From contig CP104013.1 of assembly GCA_025839675.1 (NCBI GenBank), positions 4,170,001 through 4,202,000 on the forward strand: DNA of 32,000 nucleotides. The letters run 5' to 3'. A program made the translations under genes and the position numbers. Shown here one piece after another: positions 16,726 through 25,629 of this stretch (its first letter is position 1; the number at the start of each line of letters is the position of its first letter). The DNA comes from Candidatus Lokiarchaeum ossiferum. Its GTDB lineage: Archaea; Asgardarchaeota; Lokiarchaeia; Sigyniarchaeales; Promethearchaeaceae. The notes under the pieces were generated by a model, which saw only the letters and a program-made list of their open reading frames with translations, was not told the origin of the DNA and searched no databases.

Positions 16726-18189
16726 ATGAAGATAAAAAAGCTTTACAAGATTTTGACTTTTTCACTTGTAATTATTACTTTTTCATCTTCATATTTAACT
16801 CCAGATAGTTCTTCTGAAATTATAATCTCATCACAAGATAATTTGAAAATAATTGTGTCTGATCAACAAGTCCCTGCTATTATGGGGATTATCGATGATT
16901 TTTTGGCAGATCCACTCGGTTCTGGTGTGGATAGTATCGAAGTAATTGCTTCTGGGACTCGAGCAGAAGATCAGCATTCTTATTTAGTGGAGCAGATGCT
17001 ACTAAAGTCAAACGAATTTGATGTCATAGGGCTTGATACCATTTGGCTTGCACAATTTGCAGAAAATGGATGGGTTGAAGCACTTGATTCTCGCTTAGAA
17101 TCTAATGAATTAAGTAACTTTGCAGATGGCTTGGTAAAATCTTGCAAGTATAATGGAAAAACATATGCATATCCTTACTTTATGAATTTAGGAATATTGT
17201 ATTATCGAAAGGATTTAATAAAAGCATACAATTTTACTGAAAATGATTTTAATACTTGGGCAGAATTGAATACAACAGCAAATCACATTTTAAAAAATGA
17301 AAACTTCGCATCGAGAAATCCAAATTTAGTTGGATTTATTAGTCAATTTGATACTTACGAAGGGGCAGTAGTTAATTTCTTTGAATGGGCAGCTAGTTTT
17401 GGAGCTACGGGTATTATTAATTCTAATGGGGATGTAAATATTATTAATTCTGGTGTTGAAGATGCTATGACCTTTTTGCAAGAACTAACTTCACAAGAAG
17501 GGGTTGATGTTCAACTAAATTCTAATATAATTCCATATGAGTGCATAAACATGGATGAAAGTTTATCTATGGAAAAATGGCTTGCTGGGGAAGCTATTTT
17601 CATGAGACAATGGACATTCGCCTACACCAGTTCAATAAATTACAACATCAGTTTTGGAGTTCTTCCACTTCCAACTGCTACAGATTCTCCAGACGAAAAA
17701 TCCTCTTGTGTTGGGGGGTCTGTTTTGGCAATACCGGCATTTAGCCAAAATAAAGCTGCTGCTTGGAATTTAATAAAATTTCTTGGAAAAAAACTGGCAC
17801 AAGAATTTGAACTTACAAATGCTTCAAATTTTCCTGCATTAAAATCTGTGTATGATAATCCGCCATCAAATTATGAATGGATCCAAAATTGGAAAGAACA
17901 ACTTGGCAAAACTATTACTAGGCCTGTTCATCCTAAATATTCCTTAATTTCATCGGTCATAGCACAAAACATGAATGATTTATTAAGCTTCAGGAAAGAT
18001 GTTAACACTGCACTAACTGATATGAATGAAGAAATTACTCGTATAATTGATGAAAAAGAGAATAAAAATTTGACCGTTTTCATCATCCTTGCAACAACCA
18101 TAGCAACAAGTGCGCTATCTCTATTTATTCTATCATATATTAGAAGATCAATACAAAGGAAGATAAATACTAACAAAAAGGTGGTTTAA
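16726..18189 (+). CDS. extracellular solute-binding protein (ABC family-1, sugar-type) with N-terminal signal and C-terminal TM anchor
   Basis: The motifs DVIGLDTIWLAQFAENGWVEALD and YNGKTYAYPYFMNLGILYYRKDL are typical of family-1 SBPs. The C-terminus LTVFIILATTIATSALSLFILSYIRR is a membrane anchor. No permease or ATPase gene is nearby. Confidence 0.75.
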   Translation: MKIKKLYKILTFSLVIITFSSSYLTPDSSSEIIISSQDNLKIIVSDQQVPAIMGIIDDFLADPLGSGVDSIEVIASGTRAEDQHSYLVEQMLLKSNEFDVIGLDTIWLAQFAENGWVEALDSRLESNELSNFADGLVKSCKYNGKTYAYPYFMNLGILYYRKDLIKAYNFTENDFNTWAELNTTANHILKNENFASRNPNLVGFISQFDTYEGAVVNFFEWAASFGATGIINSNGDVNIINSGVEDAMTFLQELTSQEGVDVQLNSNIIPYECINMDESLSMEKWLAGEAIFMRQWTFAYTSSINYNISFGVLPLPTATDSPDEKSSCVGGSVLAIPAFSQNKAAAWNLIKFLGKKLAQEFELTNASNFPALKSVYDNPPSNYEWIQNWKEQLGKTITRPVHPKYSLISSVIAQNMNDLLSFRKDVNTALTDMNEEITRIIDEKENKNLTVFIILATTIATSALSLFILSYIRRSIQRKINTNKKVV

Positions 18190-18193
18190 ATTT

Positions 18194-19933
18194 ATGTGGA
18201 AAAGGAGAAGAGATATGATAAAGAGATATAAGAAAAGAATTATAATAATTTCAATAATCATATTATCAGTCATTTCTACGCTCATCATTGCTAGTTTAAT
18301 CTCTTCTCTAACACCAACTTCTGAAGAAAACCTCGAAATTCTTGTTGGGCAATATGATAATCCTCCAAAGATTTTTGAGGATGATAATGGTAAGGTAGTT
18401 GGATTATTTCCTGATCTTTTAGAATATGTTGCGGAAAAAGAAGGTTGGACAATTAAGTATCTGAAAGGTAGTTGGACCGAATGCTTAGAGAGATTGGAAA
18501 GAAAAGATATAGATATTATGGTTGATGTTGCATATTCTGATTCAAGAGCTGAAATATATGATTTCAACAATATTGAAATATTTACAAATTGGGGTGTGGT
18601 ATACGGAAAAGAAGGTTCTCATATAGAGTCTCTCAAAGATCTCGAAAAAAAAAAAGTTGCGGTTATGAAAGGAAGCATTCACACGGATGGCGAAGATGGA
18701 ATTAAAAATGTTACACAGAAGTTGGGTATCAATTGCACTTTCATAGAATTAGAGAATTATGATCTTGTTTTTGAAATGTTAAGCGAAGGTGGAGCGGATG
18801 CGGGAATTGTTAATAGATTATTTGGAATATCAAAAGAAAGTGAATACAATATTAAAAGAACTGCAATTATTTTCAACCCTAGAAAACTTATGTTTGCTTT
18901 TCCAAAGGGTGAAAATAAGAGTGATATTCTTATCTCAAAAATTGATGAACATCTGCTTTTATTAAAGGAGGATTCTGATTCTTTCTATTTTAAGGTGATT
19001 GATAAGTATATTTATAATCAAGTATATTTGAATATTCCAGGCTGGATAATACCTACCTTAATTAGTTCTATTGGTTTGTTAGTCACATTCGCTTCTGCAA
19101 GTTTATTGTTAAAAAAGGCTGTTGATAAAAGAACAGATCAGTTGCAACATGCACATGACAATCTAGAACGACGTGTTACAAAACGAACAGAAGAATTAAA
19201 TGAAGCGAACATTAGATTGAAAGAATTGGATAGATTGAAAAGTATGTTTTTAGCAAGTATGAGCCATGAATTGCGAACTCCTCTAAACTCTATCATCGGT
19301 TTTTCTGGTTGGCTCTTGATGGATATGGAAGGTGAATTAAATGAAGAGCAACGAACACAACTTGGTATGGTAAAACAAAGTGCAAATCATCTTTTAGAAT
19401 TAATAAATGATATATTAGACATATCAAAAATAGAAGCTGGTAAAGTAGATCTAGAAATTGAAGCATTTGATCTCTCTGTAGTTTTGAACACTCAATTGGA
19501 TTCAGTTTTACCATTAATAAGAGAAAAAGAATTAGAAATAATGCGTGAAATTCCAGAGAATTTGATTATTAGGTGTGATAAACGTCGGATTAAACAAATA
19601 TTTGTGAACCTTCTTGCTAATGCCATTAAATTCACGGATCATGGATTTATCAAAGTTGCTGTAAAACCATTGAATAAAACACATTTGAAAATATCTGTCT
19701 TGGATAGTGGAATCGGAATGTTAACCAGTGATATTCATAAGCTTTTCATACCATTTCAACAGATCGATATGTCTTCAACTAAGAAACATGAAGGTACTGG
19801 ATTGGGTTTATATCTGTGCAAGAAATTGCTAAACTTACTTCATGGGGAAATTTTCGTTACAAGCAATTTTGGTCAAGGCAGTGAATTCACATTCACTATA
19901 CCTTTGAATTATGAAGAAGAGGTTAAAAAATGA
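18194..19933 (+). CDS. sensor histidine kinase with extracytoplasmic SBP_bac_3 (PBPb)-type domain
   Basis: It has an N-terminal TM, then a ~240-aa periplasmic-binding-protein-like domain (ILVGQYDNPPKIFEDDNGKVVGLFPDLLEYVAEKEGW..VDVAYS..R). A second TM and a coiled coil follow. The H-box is MSHELRTPLNSI and the ATPase G-boxes are DSGIGM..GTGLGL. Confidence 0.9.
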   Translation: MWKRRRDMIKRYKKRIIIISIIILSVISTLIIASLISSLTPTSEENLEILVGQYDNPPKIFEDDNGKVVGLFPDLLEYVAEKEGWTIKYLKGSWTECLERLERKDIDIMVDVAYSDSRAEIYDFNNIEIFTNWGVVYGKEGSHIESLKDLEKKKVAVMKGSIHTDGEDGIKNVTQKLGINCTFIELENYDLVFEMLSEGGADAGIVNRLFGISKESEYNIKRTAIIFNPRKLMFAFPKGENKSDILISKIDEHLLLLKEDSDSFYFKVIDKYIYNQVYLNIPGWIIPTLISSIGLLVTFASASLLLKKAVDKRTDQLQHAHDNLERRVTKRTEELNEANIRLKELDRLKSMFLASMSHELRTPLNSIIGFSGWLLMDMEGELNEEQRTQLGMVKQSANHLLELINDILDISKIEAGKVDLEIEAFDLSVVLNTQLDSVLPLIREKELEIMREIPENLIIRCDKRRIKQIFVNLLANAIKFTDHGFIKVAVKPLNKTHLKISVLDSGIGMLTSDIHKLFIPFQQIDMSSTKKHEGTGLGLYLCKKLLNLLHGEIFVTSNFGQGSEFTFTIPLNYEEEVKK

Positions 19934-20289
19934 AAAAAGTTCTTGTAATAGAAGATAATGAAACAAATCTCTATTTAATGCGCACTATTCTAAAAAAATA
20001 TGGATGTCATGTGATTGAAGCACAAGATGGTTATAGTGGAGTAGAACTTGCAGTCGCTGAAAGCCCTGATCTAATCTTGATGGATATTCAATTACCAATA
20101 TTAGATGGATATGGAGCTACAAAGAAGATTCGGTCAATAGAAAAAACAAAAAACATCCCAATTATTGCAATAACATCATACGCTATGGTTGGAGATAAAG
20201 AAAAAACATTAAGAGCAGGTTGCAATGTATATATTGAAAAACCAATTGATCCAAAATCATTTATTGAAGAATTAAAAAAATTTTTATAA
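19930..20289 (+). CDS. stand-alone response-regulator receiver (CheY-like)
   Basis: 119 aa, with VLVIEDNETN..DLILMDIQLPILDG..IAITSYA..KP. Its ATG overlaps the kinase stop (ATGA). Confidence 0.9.
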   Translation: MKKVLVIEDNETNLYLMRTILKKYGCHVIEAQDGYSGVELAVAESPDLILMDIQLPILDGYGATKKIRSIEKTKNIPIIAITSYAMVGDKEKTLRAGCNVYIEKPIDPKSFIEELKKFL

Positions 20290-20303
20290 AGCAGAGGAAT
20301 AAA

Positions 20304-21524
20304 ATGAAAATCCTGATAATTGATGACAAAAAAGAAAATAATTATTTAGTTGAACGTATGATCACTAAATTAGGTTATGAGGCTATATTGGCTGAAAATG
20401 GTGTAGAAGCTCTTGAGCTATTATTTAAATTCGATTTTATTATGGTTATTTCTGATATTTTAATGCCAGAAATGGATGGATTTCAACTCTGCAAAATAGT
20501 CCGATGCTTAAAGAAATTCGATGGTTTAAAATTTGTATTTTATACTGCTACTTATACAGAAAAAGAAGATGAAGAATTTGCTATGGAATTGGGGGCAGAT
20601 AAGTTTTTGAGAAAACCTATGGATCCTCAATTATTTTTACAGGAGATTCAAAAACTGCTGCAAAAAGAACAAGCTGATCACGATTATCGTAAAAATTATA
20701 TTAAAAAACCTGAGAAGGAGATTTTTAAGCTCTATAACGAACGCTTAATCAATAAATTGGAAAAAAAGACTCGTGAACTTGAAAAATTTAAACAAATGGA
20801 TGGGGAACGCTTAAGAGCCCAAAAAATTGAATCACTCGCTTTAATTGCTGGGGGAATTGCTCATGATTTTAACAATCTATTGGTAGGAATATTAGGAAAT
20901 ACAAATATTATTCAAACGGATAAGTCTTTAAGTATTGAAGTTCAAGATTCTTTAAAAGATATTGAAAAAGCGACACTACGGGCTAGCGAATTGACCGAGC
21001 AACTTCTTGCTTTTTCAAAAGATGGGAATATTATCAAAGAAACTAAGGATATCACTCCTATAATTGAAGAATCGATTTCACTTGTGTTACGAGGTTCCAA
21101 ATCAAAATGCATAATTAACACACAAAAGAATTTACCCAAAGTTGAGGTTGACTCTGGCCAAATGACTCAAGTGTTTAACAATCTATTAATCAATGCAAAT
21201 CAATCTATGGAAAATGGTGGAGAAATACATGTTTCAATTGAAGTTGTGCATATCTCTGATGATCTTGAATTTCCCTTACCGTACGGGCCATATGTTCAAA
21301 TATCCATTAAAGATCAAGGTGTAGGTGTTCCACAAAACGTCCACCAGCATATATTTGAGCCTTATTTTACCACCAAAGAAAAAGGGAATGGATTGGGTTT
21401 AGCAACTTGCTATACAATTATTAAACGCCATGGTGGGTATATTTCATTCAAGTCCAACCCAAAAACTGAACCCGGTACGACTTTTCAAATTTTTCTCCCA
21501 ATTTTTGAACAAAATTATGAATAA
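20304..21524 (+). CDS. receiver-histidine kinase hybrid (REC-HisKA-HATPase_c)
   Basis: The N-terminal receiver reads ILIIDDKKEN..VISDILMPEMDG..KP. After a linker come the H-box IAHDFNNLL, the N-box NLLINANQSM and the G-boxes DQGVGV..GNGLGL. Confidence 0.9.
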   Translation: MKILIIDDKKENNYLVERMITKLGYEAILAENGVEALELLFKFDFIMVISDILMPEMDGFQLCKIVRCLKKFDGLKFVFYTATYTEKEDEEFAMELGADKFLRKPMDPQLFLQEIQKLLQKEQADHDYRKNYIKKPEKEIFKLYNERLINKLEKKTRELEKFKQMDGERLRAQKIESLALIAGGIAHDFNNLLVGILGNTNIIQTDKSLSIEVQDSLKDIEKATLRASELTEQLLAFSKDGNIIKETKDITPIIEESISLVLRGSKSKCIINTQKNLPKVEVDSGQMTQVFNNLLINANQSMENGGEIHVSIEVVHISDDLEFPLPYGPYVQISIKDQGVGVPQNVHQHIFEPYFTTKEKGNGLGLATCYTIIKRHGGYISFKSNPKTEPGTTFQIFLPIFEQNYE

Positions 21525-21620
21525 TTCAAATCTGAATTAGTTTCGATTCATTTTTTGAGGTTTTTGGGTTATTTAATAAAATGAGTGTTGTTTTTTTTTC
21601 CTTCCGACAAAATATATTTT

Positions 21621-21835
21621 GTCAATCAGGTTGTTGGCACTACTATCATCGAATGCGACATGATACTAATAGTATCTACGTGATTATAGTGTAACATGTC
21701 GATAGGAGAAGCAGAAAAAAGTTAAAAAAAAGGAATTGTTCCCCTTTTTTAATAATATCGATCTAAAGAGCGCAATTGACATTAAAAACCAATTTTACGA
21801 ACGTTTTTTTGTTTTACTTGCAGGAAAATTTAAAT
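21621..21835 (+). repeat. copy A of a ~215-bp diverged direct repeat (palindrome-containing intergenic element)
   Basis: It aligns by eye along its whole length with 23783-24000. Shared blocks are GT.A.TCAGG..GTTGGC, CTATCA, ATAGGA.AA.CAGAAAAAAGT.AAAAAA.GGAA and the near-identical AAAAACCAATTTTACGAACG (21784-21803). It contains the perfect palindrome GATACTA-A-TAGTATC (21662-21676) nested inside the stems 21657-21662/21695-21700 and 21640-21647/21701-21708. Confidence 0.7.
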
Positions 21836-21861
21836 AAAAAATTTTATCAGAATTCAATTTT

Positions 21862-23598
21862 TCAATCCATTCTGTTACATTTATAAATAGAATTCGTTGT
21901 TCTGATGTGAAGTTCACGATATTCGTCATTTTCATCTTGAATGAATGTAAATTTCATCAGTGAATTTCTTATTTGAAAACGTAAATTACGCAGAGGAAAA
22001 AGCTCTACAGGAGTTTCACCCAGAAAAACCGCTTCGAGAGATGTTGAATTTTTCAGTTGGATCACTAAAGGATTGTTTAGAAAATCATAGGTTCCTATAA
22101 GCAATTTTAACAAGCGTTCATCTCTTAATGCATTATCGGGCTGTCGTTCGAATTTTAAGGGTGGAAGTAATTCATCTAATTGGATTTCGAATTTCGTAAT
22201 TTCTCCATCAGCGTTTTGATTAAATATTACAGGCCAATATTCATCCCAAAGATAGAAATAAAGCATGAATGTGTCATAGTGGACATGAACCAAAGGAAAT
22301 TCAAACCGCGGGGTTTTTAATACTAACTGTTTCTCCTCATTTTGAATTATTTCAAAGATTGGATAACCGGGGTGTTTATATTTCCCTTTGTATTCTGTTA
22401 ATGGAAAAGATGGATGGGTATGTTGTTTTGCACTGTTAAGAATGAGCTTTTTCATATCCCTTTGGGCATTTTTAACTGAATCACGGGTTTTAGTGGATTC
22501 TTCCATCCAGTCCCAACGTTCCAGATCGAGTATTATATCAAGAATTTCATTACTGACTGCTTTATGAAGAATTGAAGGGTATTCATTTGCAAGCACCACA
22601 ATACCTATGTTATTATCGGGTAAAAACGTCACTTGACTATTAAATCCATCAATTCCTCCGGTATGTGTGATCACTTCGAAACCTCGATACATACTTATAA
22701 ACCATCCCAAACCATAGCTCTCCATTTTTCTCCAGTTTTTTTTGGGGAATAAATCACGATCTTCTTCCTCAATAATCGTGGTAGGTTTGTGGAGTTGGGA
22801 AAAAATCTTTGGGGCGATTAAAGATTTATCTCCAATCTTTCCTTGATTATATTGGAACATTAACCATTTCGCTAAATCCTTTGGAGTTGTTTTAATTCCT
22901 CCTGCGCCTGGTGTCGATTCAGTATGATAATTCATTAAATGGATCCCCTTAGGATCATTCTTATATGGTTTCGCCATGCGTTGTGTTTCGAATGCTTCGT
23001 TATCCGATAAGGTCGTATCTTCCATTCCAAGGGGATTTAAGATTTTTTCTTTCAAAAAAGCAGAAAATTTCATATCACTGAATTCTTCTACAATTTTAGC
23101 CGCTACATAAAACATCAAATTATTATATTGGTAAGTTTCTCGTAGATCTTTTGAGAATTCTAAATAGGGCATTCGCGATAGTAGTTTTTCATATGTGAAG
23201 TTATCATCCAAATACCACATCATATCATGACCAGATAATCCTGTCCGATGGGATAATAAATCTCGTAAGGTAACGTGCTCATTTACAAATTTATCGGAAG
23301 TTCGGAATTGTGGAAACTTTTTTCGTAATGGCTCATCCCAAGCCAATAATCCTTGATCTACTAAGAATGCAATCGAGGCCGCTGTGAATGATTTTGAAAT
23401 GGAAGCAATATTAAATAATGTATCCTCTGTCATCGAAATGTTATTTTCGATGTCTCTATATCCATAGCATTGACTATAAATGATTTCCTTCTCGTGAGTA
23501 ATAACAATTGCTAATCCAGAAGATTTTTTTTTTTGAAAATGCAGTTCTAGTTTTTGTTCTAATGATTTTATCTCTTCTTTCACATCAATATTTTTCAT
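21862..23598 (-). CDS. beta-lactamase-family serine hydrolase (class C/PBP4-like) with extra C-terminal domain
   Basis: It has the SxxK motif (ASISKSF), YxN (YQYNN) and an HTGG box in the right order and spacing. The ~150-aa C-terminal extension resembles the lipocalin-like domain often fused to these esterases. Confidence 0.8.
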   Translation of the reverse strand: MKNIDVKEEIKSLEQKLELHFQKKKSSGLAIVITHEKEIIYSQCYGYRDIENNISMTEDTLFNIASISKSFTAASIAFLVDQGLLAWDEPLRKKFPQFRTSDKFVNEHVTLRDLLSHRTGLSGHDMMWYLDDNFTYEKLLSRMPYLEFSKDLRETYQYNNLMFYVAAKIVEEFSDMKFSAFLKEKILNPLGMEDTTLSDNEAFETQRMAKPYKNDPKGIHLMNYHTESTPGAGGIKTTPKDLAKWLMFQYNQGKIGDKSLIAPKIFSQLHKPTTIIEEEDRDLFPKKNWRKMESYGLGWFISMYRGFEVITHTGGIDGFNSQVTFLPDNNIGIVVLANEYPSILHKAVSNEILDIILDLERWDWMEESTKTRDSVKNAQRDMKKLILNSAKQHTHPSFPLTEYKGKYKHPGYPIFEIIQNEEKQLVLKTPRFEFPLVHVHYDTFMLYFYLWDEYWPVIFNQNADGEITKFEIQLDELLPPLKFERQPDNALRDERLLKLLIGTYDFLNNPLVIQLKNSTSLEAVFLGETPVELFPLRNLRFQIRNSLMKFTFIQDENDEYRELHIRTTNSIYKCNRMD

Positions 23599-23782
23599 AC
23601 AATATTACCTCTGTTTTTAGAAAAATTTAATTCTTCAATAAAGTTTTCCAATTTTCGAAATTCATAAAGCATACTTTCTATCCACAAGATCATTATTCCT
23701 ACGGTGATAAGCAATATTGGAATATCTATAGGTATAACCTATGGAATAAACCAGTCTTCCACCTATCGAAAAAATTCCCCTT

Positions 23783-24000
23783 GTTAGTCAGGCCGTTGGC
23801 CTTCCTATCACCCCTATCTGGCACCATACTAATTATAACGTACGTTATTATTATGTAGCATGACAATAGGAAAACCAGAAAAAAAGTCAAAAAAACGGAA
23901 ATATTGTCTTTTTTTCAGTAATACCATGACAATGATATGATTACCACCAAAAAACCAATTTTACGAACGATTTTTCGTTTTATTTGCTGGAAAAATTAGA
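23783..24000 (+). repeat. copy B of the ~215-bp diverged direct repeat
   Basis: It has the same orientation and block order as copy A. It contains the perfect hairpin AGGCC-GTT-GGCCT (23790-23802) and the 14-nt perfect palindrome ATAACGTACGTTAT (23835-23848). The outer stem is TTCCTAT/ATAGGAA (23802-23808 / 23866-23872), and the conserved 3-prime block lies at 23949-23969. Confidence 0.7.
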
Positions 24001-24066
24001 TATAAATTATTCATCCTTTTTTTTTATTTGCAAAAATTTAAAGGAAAGGACATTGAGCTATGAAAT

Positions 24067-24774
24067 ATGAGTCAAATAATCCTCACCACGGGACGAGGCA
24101 CAAAATTACGACAAAATGATTCATCACTGATGACCCTCAATATTACTCCCAAAGATCCAAAGGAAAAATCTCAACTTAATCAAGTTATGATGATTTTAGA
24201 AGACATTTTAATCCCCATAAATCATGTAGGGATTGCTTCCACCGATGGAATAAAAGTCACAATCCCCCCAGAAAATGCTTACATGGTTTTGAATACATCT
24301 GAAACGACGATCTGTGTTGAGACGGGTGAAATTGATTATACTCAGCATTCTATCCTCTATGATCCATATTTATATGAGCATGAAGATCATGTGGATTATG
24401 ATTCAGCAGAATTCATTAAAACCTATGATATTCCAGCTGGATACACTGATGTCCTCCCCAAGTGGTATTCCATTAAATTTTCCTATCCTGAATTCAATCT
24501 AATCTTTGTGCGACCTGGTTTAGGGATTAGCCTACAAAGTCATGCTAAAAGGGAAGAATATTGGGAAATTGCTGCCGGAGAACCCATAGTCATTTCAGGA
24601 TCTAAGGTATCTTACAATAATCCCCAAGGAACCAAATTTTATATCCCCCTAGGAAATTTACATACAATTATTAATCCTTCTAAAGATGTCTGGGTGATAT
24701 TAAAGGAAACCTATAAAGGCAACTTTGATGAAAAAGATATCGTTCGGGTATTTAATCCGAATCATTATAATTAG
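24067..24774 (+). CDS. cupin-domain protein (mannose-6-phosphate isomerase type II C-terminal-like) with uncharacterised N-terminal half
   Basis: The C-terminal half, GLGISLQSHAKREEYWEIAAGEPIVISG....G.KFYIPLGNLHTIINPSK..WVILKETYKGNFDEKDIVRVFNPNHY, matches the cupin of ManC/PMI-type enzymes (SLQ.H..R.E.W....G). The first ~130 aa are unassigned. Confidence 0.6.
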   Translation: MSQIILTTGRGTKLRQNDSSLMTLNITPKDPKEKSQLNQVMMILEDILIPINHVGIASTDGIKVTIPPENAYMVLNTSETTICVETGEIDYTQHSILYDPYLYEHEDHVDYDSAEFIKTYDIPAGYTDVLPKWYSIKFSYPEFNLIFVRPGLGISLQSHAKREEYWEIAAGEPIVISGSKVSYNNPQGTKFYIPLGNLHTIINPSKDVWVILKETYKGNFDEKDIVRVFNPNHYN

Positions 24775-24807
24775 ATTTTTTGACTTTTTTAGAATCATTT
24801 AGCGAAT

Positions 24808-25203
24808 CTATTTCTGCCAAAATTTCCTTTTTTGATACTCCTTCGCTTCTTCATGAGTTTTTCGCAAGAAATCTATCTTAGAAAACCCCTTAACTCGGGC
24901 TAACCGTTCATGATTAGATATTTTAATATCATGATGGGTAATTGGGTGTAACATTTGCCAACCTAACCATATGATTCCCCCTGCTACCAAAAAAATAGAG
25001 AAGGTTGAGACAATAATAACTCCAACTTCCCAGCCAACCCATGGAAGGCCATAAATTTTTGCAAGCCATGTTGGGGCAACATGAGATTCATAATAAAGGT
25101 TGAGCGGCATGGTAAGAATAGTCCACGGAATTAATATTACCCAGAAAAGAATTTGTCCTATCCCCCAAATTCTTCCGTAAATATTCCGCTTCATAATAAT
25201 CAT
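24808..25203 (-). CDS. hypothetical membrane protein (2-3 TM, basic C-terminal tail)
   Basis: 131-aa ORF with W/G/I-rich hydrophobic segments and a charged C-terminus. No family recognised. Confidence 0.5.
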   Translation of the reverse strand: MIIMKRNIYGRIWGIGQILFWVILIPWTILTMPLNLYYESHVAPTWLAKIYGLPWVGWEVGVIIVSTFSIFLVAGGIIWLGWQMLHPITHHDIKISNHERLARVKGFSKIDFLRKTHEEAKEYQKRKFWQK

Positions 25204-25344
25204 AAAATGTAGAATGATATAAGAACCATTTTTTTTGAAACAATACGGAAAGTGTTTTTCTCCTTAAAAAAATCTTAACTAAAATCAAGAAAATGAATGA
25301 TTTTCTTAAGATAGTCACGTCTCTCAATTCAATTTGTAAAAATG

Positions 25345-25629
25345 TTATATTTCCTGTCTCAAAGTTGGTCGAATCAAGTATTGGATTTTTTTCACCAAGA
25401 TATATCCTGCCAAAAGGGCAGTAACGCCATTGGCTCCAACAATATTCCAATCTTGAAGGAAAAATCCATAAATAATCCAAAAAGTAACTCCGGTAGTAAA
25501 CAAAATCCACATACTAAGTGAAATATCATCGGTTTTTCTCGTCCGATAGACTTTCCATGCTTGAGGAATAAAACTGATGCTTGTCAATATCGCAGCCACA
25601 GATCCAACTAGTTCATACCAGAGTGCCAT
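25345..25629 (-). CDS. SemiSWEET (single PQ-loop, 3-TM sugar transporter half-unit)
   Basis: 94 aa. The sequence VGSVAAILTSISFIPQAWKVYRTRKTDDISLSMWILFTTGVTFWIIYGFFL..W.IVGANGVTALLAGYILVKKIQY aligns closely with characterised bacterial SemiSWEETs (PQ motif, R.K...D.S, WxxYG). Confidence 0.85.
   Translation of the reverse strand: MALWYELVGSVAAILTSISFIPQAWKVYRTRKTDDISLSMWILFTTGVTFWIIYGFFLQDWNIVGANGVTALLAGYILVKKIQYLIRPTLRQEI

Noticed and set aside
21600-24000. CRISPR array or integron-like cassette interpretation of the two repeats
   Set aside because: There are only two copies. They are about 215 bp long, diverged, and separated by a full-length gene. No short regular repeat-spacer periodicity and no integrase or cas genes lie nearby.
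25088-25510. 140-aa minus-strand ORF bridging the 131-aa membrane protein and the SemiSWEET gene
   Set aside because: It overlaps two better-supported genes in other frames, and its sequence is not protein-like (Y/F/L/R-rich with no motifs).
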